Source: Candidatus Latescibacterota bacterium (lineage in GTDB: Bacteria > Latescibacterota > UBA2968 > GCA-2709665). From it: a DNA stretch of 64,000 nt. Made by a program: the position numbers and the translations under genes. The notes under the pieces were generated by a model, which was given only the letters and a program-made list of their open reading frames with translations, did not search any database and had not been told where the DNA came from. The stretch lies in the NCBI GenBank assembly GCA_965203805.1, contig OZ241917.1, forward strand, positions 4,288,001-4,352,000, given 5' to 3'. Below, piece after piece: positions 60,735-64,000 of the stretch (its first letter is position 1; each line of letters starts with the position of its first letter).

Positions 60735-61588
60735 ACCGGAAAACTGTAGCTCGAAGGGCCATTTTTAAAGCACTGCAAATGCGTAAGCAAGCGGGTTACG
60801 GATTGGATTGCGCAATCTGTGTCTACGACTTAGCACAAAGACTCGGCGTTGAAGTGCGTTTTCTGGACCTCCCGAGTATGGAGGGCATGTATTACAATGT
60901 CCCACGGCCGCACATAGTCATTTCTTCATTGCGCCCCGTTGGCCGCCGCGCGTTTACGTGTGCTCACGAACTCGGCCATCATTGTTTTAACGACGGTACC
61001 CACATTGACGAACTTACTGAACAATTCAAGAGTCCCCGTCAAGATCCGCGTGAGTTTGCCGCCGATTGTTTCGCCGGTGCTCTTCTGATGCCCAAAATGG
61101 CAGTTGAGAAAGCGTTTGCTGTTCGCGGTTGGACTATCAGAGAGTGTACGCCGGAACAAACCTTCGCGGTTTCAAATTACTTTGGAGTTGGATACACGAC
61201 ATTGATCCATCACCTGCGGAGTGCTCTACATCTACTTTCCCACTATCGTGCCGAGGAACTCTTGAAAATACCGACACGCAGCGCACAAAACTTGGCGCTT
61301 GGCTGGGAGACGACAAAAACTGCTTGGATTGTCGACCGGAACTGGATAGGACGGCCAATCGACGTTGAAGAAGGTGATCTGATTCTCGTGCGGGGAAAGG
61401 TTTGTATTGAGGGGCGGAACTTAGAACACCTGGCAGATAAGCACGGGGGCAGAGTCCTCCGCGCCATACGCCCGGGCATCGCAAGGATTGAAGATAGTTC
61501 AGGTTGGTCGTCCTTTATACGAGTATCCAAGCGAGGATTCATCGGGCGCGCCATGTTTCGTCACGATGAGGAGTTCGGCGATGAATAG
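60731..61588 (+). CDS. ImmA/IrrE family Zn metallopeptidase
   Basis: RRAFTCAHELGH and REFAADCFAGALLMP. ATGA overlap with the HTH gene. Confidence 0.92.
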   Translation: MNRKTVARRAIFKALQMRKQAGYGLDCAICVYDLAQRLGVEVRFLDLPSMEGMYYNVPRPHIVISSLRPVGRRAFTCAHELGHHCFNDGTHIDELTEQFKSPRQDPREFAADCFAGALLMPKMAVEKAFAVRGWTIRECTPEQTFAVSNYFGVGYTTLIHHLRSALHLLSHYRAEELLKIPTRSAQNLALGWETTKTAWIVDRNWIGRPIDVEEGDLILVRGKVCIEGRNLEHLADKHGGRVLRAIRPGIARIEDSSGWSSFIRVSKRGFIGRAMFRHDEEFGDE

Positions 61589-62363
61589 TTACAATCCTAT
61601 AGAGGATCAGAACCTCTCGGTTGCGTGGGGGAAGGCGTTTTTGAAAGTGTTTCATGAAGGCGAAGTCGCGCCAATGACAGTCAAGATCAATGTGTTGGAT
61701 TGCCGAGAACCTGAAGAGATTCCGTCCATTCGAAGAAACCTTGATGCCAGCTTGAACAATCGTCGTGCAAAGCTCTCTTGCGACCAAGTCGCGAATACGA
61801 TTTTCCCTATCTCACTTTGGAACCCAAATGCAGACAGAAGACTACTGTACAAGAGGTACCGAAGAATCTGCCCTCGCATACTTCGCCACCGCAGCAATCG
61901 AAATGGAGTGTATTTCCAGCGTTTCATTGCCTATGGCGGCGGATCCTGCACCCAAGGCGGAGTAAACCAATTGGAGCATATCATCCAAACGTGGCACCGT
62001 GGGAACCACCGCAGGTCAGCCCTCCAGGCTGCAGTATTCGATCCATTGACCGACCACACGCACCAACGCCAGCGGGGTTTTCCTTGTCTTCAACAGGTAG
62101 CATTTGCAGGAAAAAACGGTGGCTTATCTGTTACCGGCTTCTACGCGACGCAATACATCTTTGAACGTGCCTATGGCAACTATCTTGGCCTATTTCGGCT
62201 GGGTCGATTTATGGCGCACGAGATGAAACTAAGGTTGGAGCAAGTCATATGCGTCGCATCTCCCGCCAAACTGTCCGGCGTACGGAAGCGGGATCTGTCG
62301 GCGCTTGCTGAGCAAGTTAAGGAAGCCCTCGAGCACTACGCGTACTCAGACGACTTCAGGTAG
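61581..62363 (+). CDS. Divergent thymidylate-synthase-fold protein
   Basis: NQLEHII..HRRS..FPCLQQV..GN. Aligns without gaps to the ThyA catalytic region (alignment from memory). The start overlaps the upstream stop. Confidence 0.78.
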   Translation: MNSYNPIEDQNLSVAWGKAFLKVFHEGEVAPMTVKINVLDCREPEEIPSIRRNLDASLNNRRAKLSCDQVANTIFPISLWNPNADRRLLYKRYRRICPRILRHRSNRNGVYFQRFIAYGGGSCTQGGVNQLEHIIQTWHRGNHRRSALQAAVFDPLTDHTHQRQRGFPCLQQVAFAGKNGGLSVTGFYATQYIFERAYGNYLGLFRLGRFMAHEMKLRLEQVICVASPAKLSGVRKRDLSALAEQVKEALEHYAYSDDFR

Positions 62364-62381
62364 AATAGGGGCGTCATTCTT

Positions 62382-64000
62382 ATGCAAACCGGACCTGCGC
62401 AACTGATAGTATTGGAAGGACCTGATGGTGTAGGTAAGTCGACGATTTCTTTCGCGCTCTACGAGAAGCTCTCCAACTCCTCTATTGAGTGTGAGTATTT
62501 TTCGTTTCCGGGCAAGGAAACCGGGACAATCGGACGTTTAGTGTACGACCTTCACCATGAACCGAGGATGTTCGGACTAGAACCACTAAGTCCCGCCAGT
62601 CTACAAACCCTACACATTGCGGCGCATTTGGATGTAATTGAGCAACGGATTCGGCCAGCCATTAACGACGGAAAGTGGGTCATACTGGATCGATTCTGGT
62701 GGTCAACTTGGGTCTACGGGCGTGCATCCGGGATGGACGGAAGTATGTTGGATGCGTTGATTGAGGCGGAGCGTATTCAATGGCAGGGTACCACGCCCCT
62801 AGCCCTCTTTCTCATTGATCGATCTCCGGATCTGTCTGGTCGCAATGATCAAGCCACAATCCGTATGGGGTATGACGAACTCTTCAAAAGAGAACAAAGC
62901 CAGTACCCCGTTTATAAGATTAAGAATGACGGCTCAGTGCAAGAAACGCTGAACGAAACATTGGGGATTTTGCGAGACGTCACAAGTCGGAAATCGGATT
63001 CTGATACGAAGCAGATAAACCCGGATTCAGAGAAAAAAGTGACTCAACTATCTATTCCACTTATTGGAGAGGCACCTTTTTCAGTCTTCACGAAACTATC
63101 CCCCGCCGTGCCGACTGTCGTTTATGACAGTCTCTGGCGGTTCGCTGTAGAACGGCAGGAAGTTTTTTTTCGTAAGATTGATGGACGTCCCTGTCCCTGG
63201 ACCGACGATGAGATCCTCCGTCGGCATAAGTTCACGAATGCCTATCGCGCTTCAGACCGCGTTAGCCAGTATCTAATTCAACACGTAATCTATGAGGGGG
63301 AAAAGACCCCAGAGGAGGTATTTTTTCGAACGATTCTCTTTAAGCTGTTTAACAAGATCGAGACTTGGAAACTGTTATCTACGAAATTAGGAACGGTCAG
63401 TTATGCCGATTTCTCGTTCTCCAGATACGATGAGATACTAGCAAGAGCACTCTCATCCGGCATTCGTATTTATTCGGCAGCGTATATTATGCCGTCAGGT
63501 AAGACATCGTTTGGCTATAAACTGAAACACCGCAATCATCTAACGCTTCTTAAACAAATGATGGAGGATGAGGTACCGCGCAAAATTGAAGACGCGCTAA
63601 ACATGCGACAGGCTTTTGAACTATTGCGCTCCTATTCTACAGTAGGCAGCTTTCTCGCTTATCAGTATGTAACAGACCTCAATTACAGTGCAATTACTGA
63701 CTTCTCAGAGATGGAGTTTGTTATACCTGGTCCAGGCGCGCTGGATGGCATTCACAAGTGTTTCGCCGACCGTGGCGGCCTTAATGAGAGGGACATTATT
63801 CGAGTAGTCACGGATCGACAAGAGCAGGAGTTTGAACGGTTGGGGCTACGATTTCGCTCTCTCTGGGGTAGGCGCCTGCAGCTGATAGATTGTCAGAATC
63901 TCTTCTGTGAAGTCTCCAAGTACTCTCGCCTGAAGCATCCCGAGATTCCAGGGATCAGTAAACGAACCCGAATAAAGCAAATATACCGTCCTTCCGATGA
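62382..64000 (+). CDS. dTMP-kinase domain fused to a 5-hmdU DNA kinase / aGPT-PPlase1-like helical domain, 3'-truncated
   Basis: Hand translation, open for at least 539 codons: MQTGPAQLIVLEGPDGVGKST...FPG...VILDRF (TMK), then ERQ...PWTDDEIL..HKFTNAYRASDR...FNKIETW...YSAAY...GSFLAYQ...GPGALDG...CQNLFCEVSKY. Confidence 0.85.
   Translation, partial: MQTGPAQLIVLEGPDGVGKSTISFALYEKLSNSSIECEYFSFPGKETGTIGRLVYDLHHEPRMFGLEPLSPASLQTLHIAAHLDVIEQRIRPAINDGKWVILDRFWWSTWVYGRASGMDGSMLDALIEAERIQWQGTTPLALFLIDRSPDLSGRNDQATIRMGYDELFKREQSQYPVYKIKNDGSVQETLNETLGILRDVTSRKSDSDTKQINPDSEKKVTQLSIPLIGEAPFSVFTKLSPAVPTVVYDSLWRFAVERQEVFFRKIDGRPCPWTDDEILRRHKFTNAYRASDRVSQYLIQHVIYEGEKTPEEVFFRTILFKLFNKIETWKLLSTKLGTVSYADFSFSRYDEILARALSSGIRIYSAAYIMPSGKTSFGYKLKHRNHLTLLKQMMEDEVPRKIEDALNMRQAFELLRSYSTVGSFLAYQYVTDLNYSAITDFSEMEFVIPGPGALDGIHKCFADRGGLNERDIIRVVTDRQEQEFERLGLRFRSLWGRRLQLIDCQNLFCEVSKYSRLKHPEIPGISKRTRIKQIYRPSD

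Larger units (their letters stand above)
59990..64000 (+). mobile_element. Left part of a putative horizontally acquired island (no integrase or transposase visible in the window)
   Basis: Abrupt compositional shift: hand counts give 24/60 GC in 63361-63420 versus 43/60 in 59401-59460. A/T-ending codons are frequent and the gene content is accessory. Confidence 0.6.

Noticed and set aside
60384-61588. Prophage or ICE immunity module
   Set aside because: No integrase, excisionase or phage genes are visible, and the pair is embedded within the enzyme operon. This cannot be fully excluded without the downstream sequence.
61581-62980. Housekeeping thyA-tmk pair
   Set aside because: Key ThyA residues are missing, the TMK is fused to another domain, the composition is foreign and regulators are co-encoded.

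Overview
High-GC bacterial chromosomal segment. The lineage is inferred only: the dockerin/EF-hand-tailed secreted protein, many heparinase II/III-like genes and sugar catabolism genes resemble Latescibacterota/Gemmatimonadota-type heterotrophs. 1-13 kb: AAA+/DUF4143 ATPase (5'-truncated), BHMT-like methyltransferase, Sfp PPTase, xylonate dehydratase, divergent transketolase and secreted proteins. 13-35 kb: a minus-strand core block (gltB, ferredoxin, nitrite/sulfite reductase, moaA, purA, serA, class V aminotransferase, engB, clpX, clpP, tig) plus a Tes/GDGT-MAS-like radical SAM gene. 35-60 kb: a carbohydrate-catabolic region with four heparinase II/III-like genes, three paralogous TIM-barrel GH-like genes, epimerases, an enolase-family gene and Gfo/Idh/MocA genes. 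60-64 kb is the best candidate for an undescribed system. It is an AT-richer, tightly coupled operon with a near-consensus sigma70 promoter and palindromes: acyl-carrier-like protein (GFDSL), XRE HTH, ImmA/IrrE peptidase, divergent thymidylate-synthase-fold protein, and a dTMP kinase fused to a 5-hmdU-DNA-kinase/aGPT-PPlase-like domain. The last ORF (62382->64000) is absent from the supplied track because it runs off the window; I translated it by hand. I saw no rRNA, tRNA, CRISPR array or transposase. All family calls come from motif recognition, not database searches.
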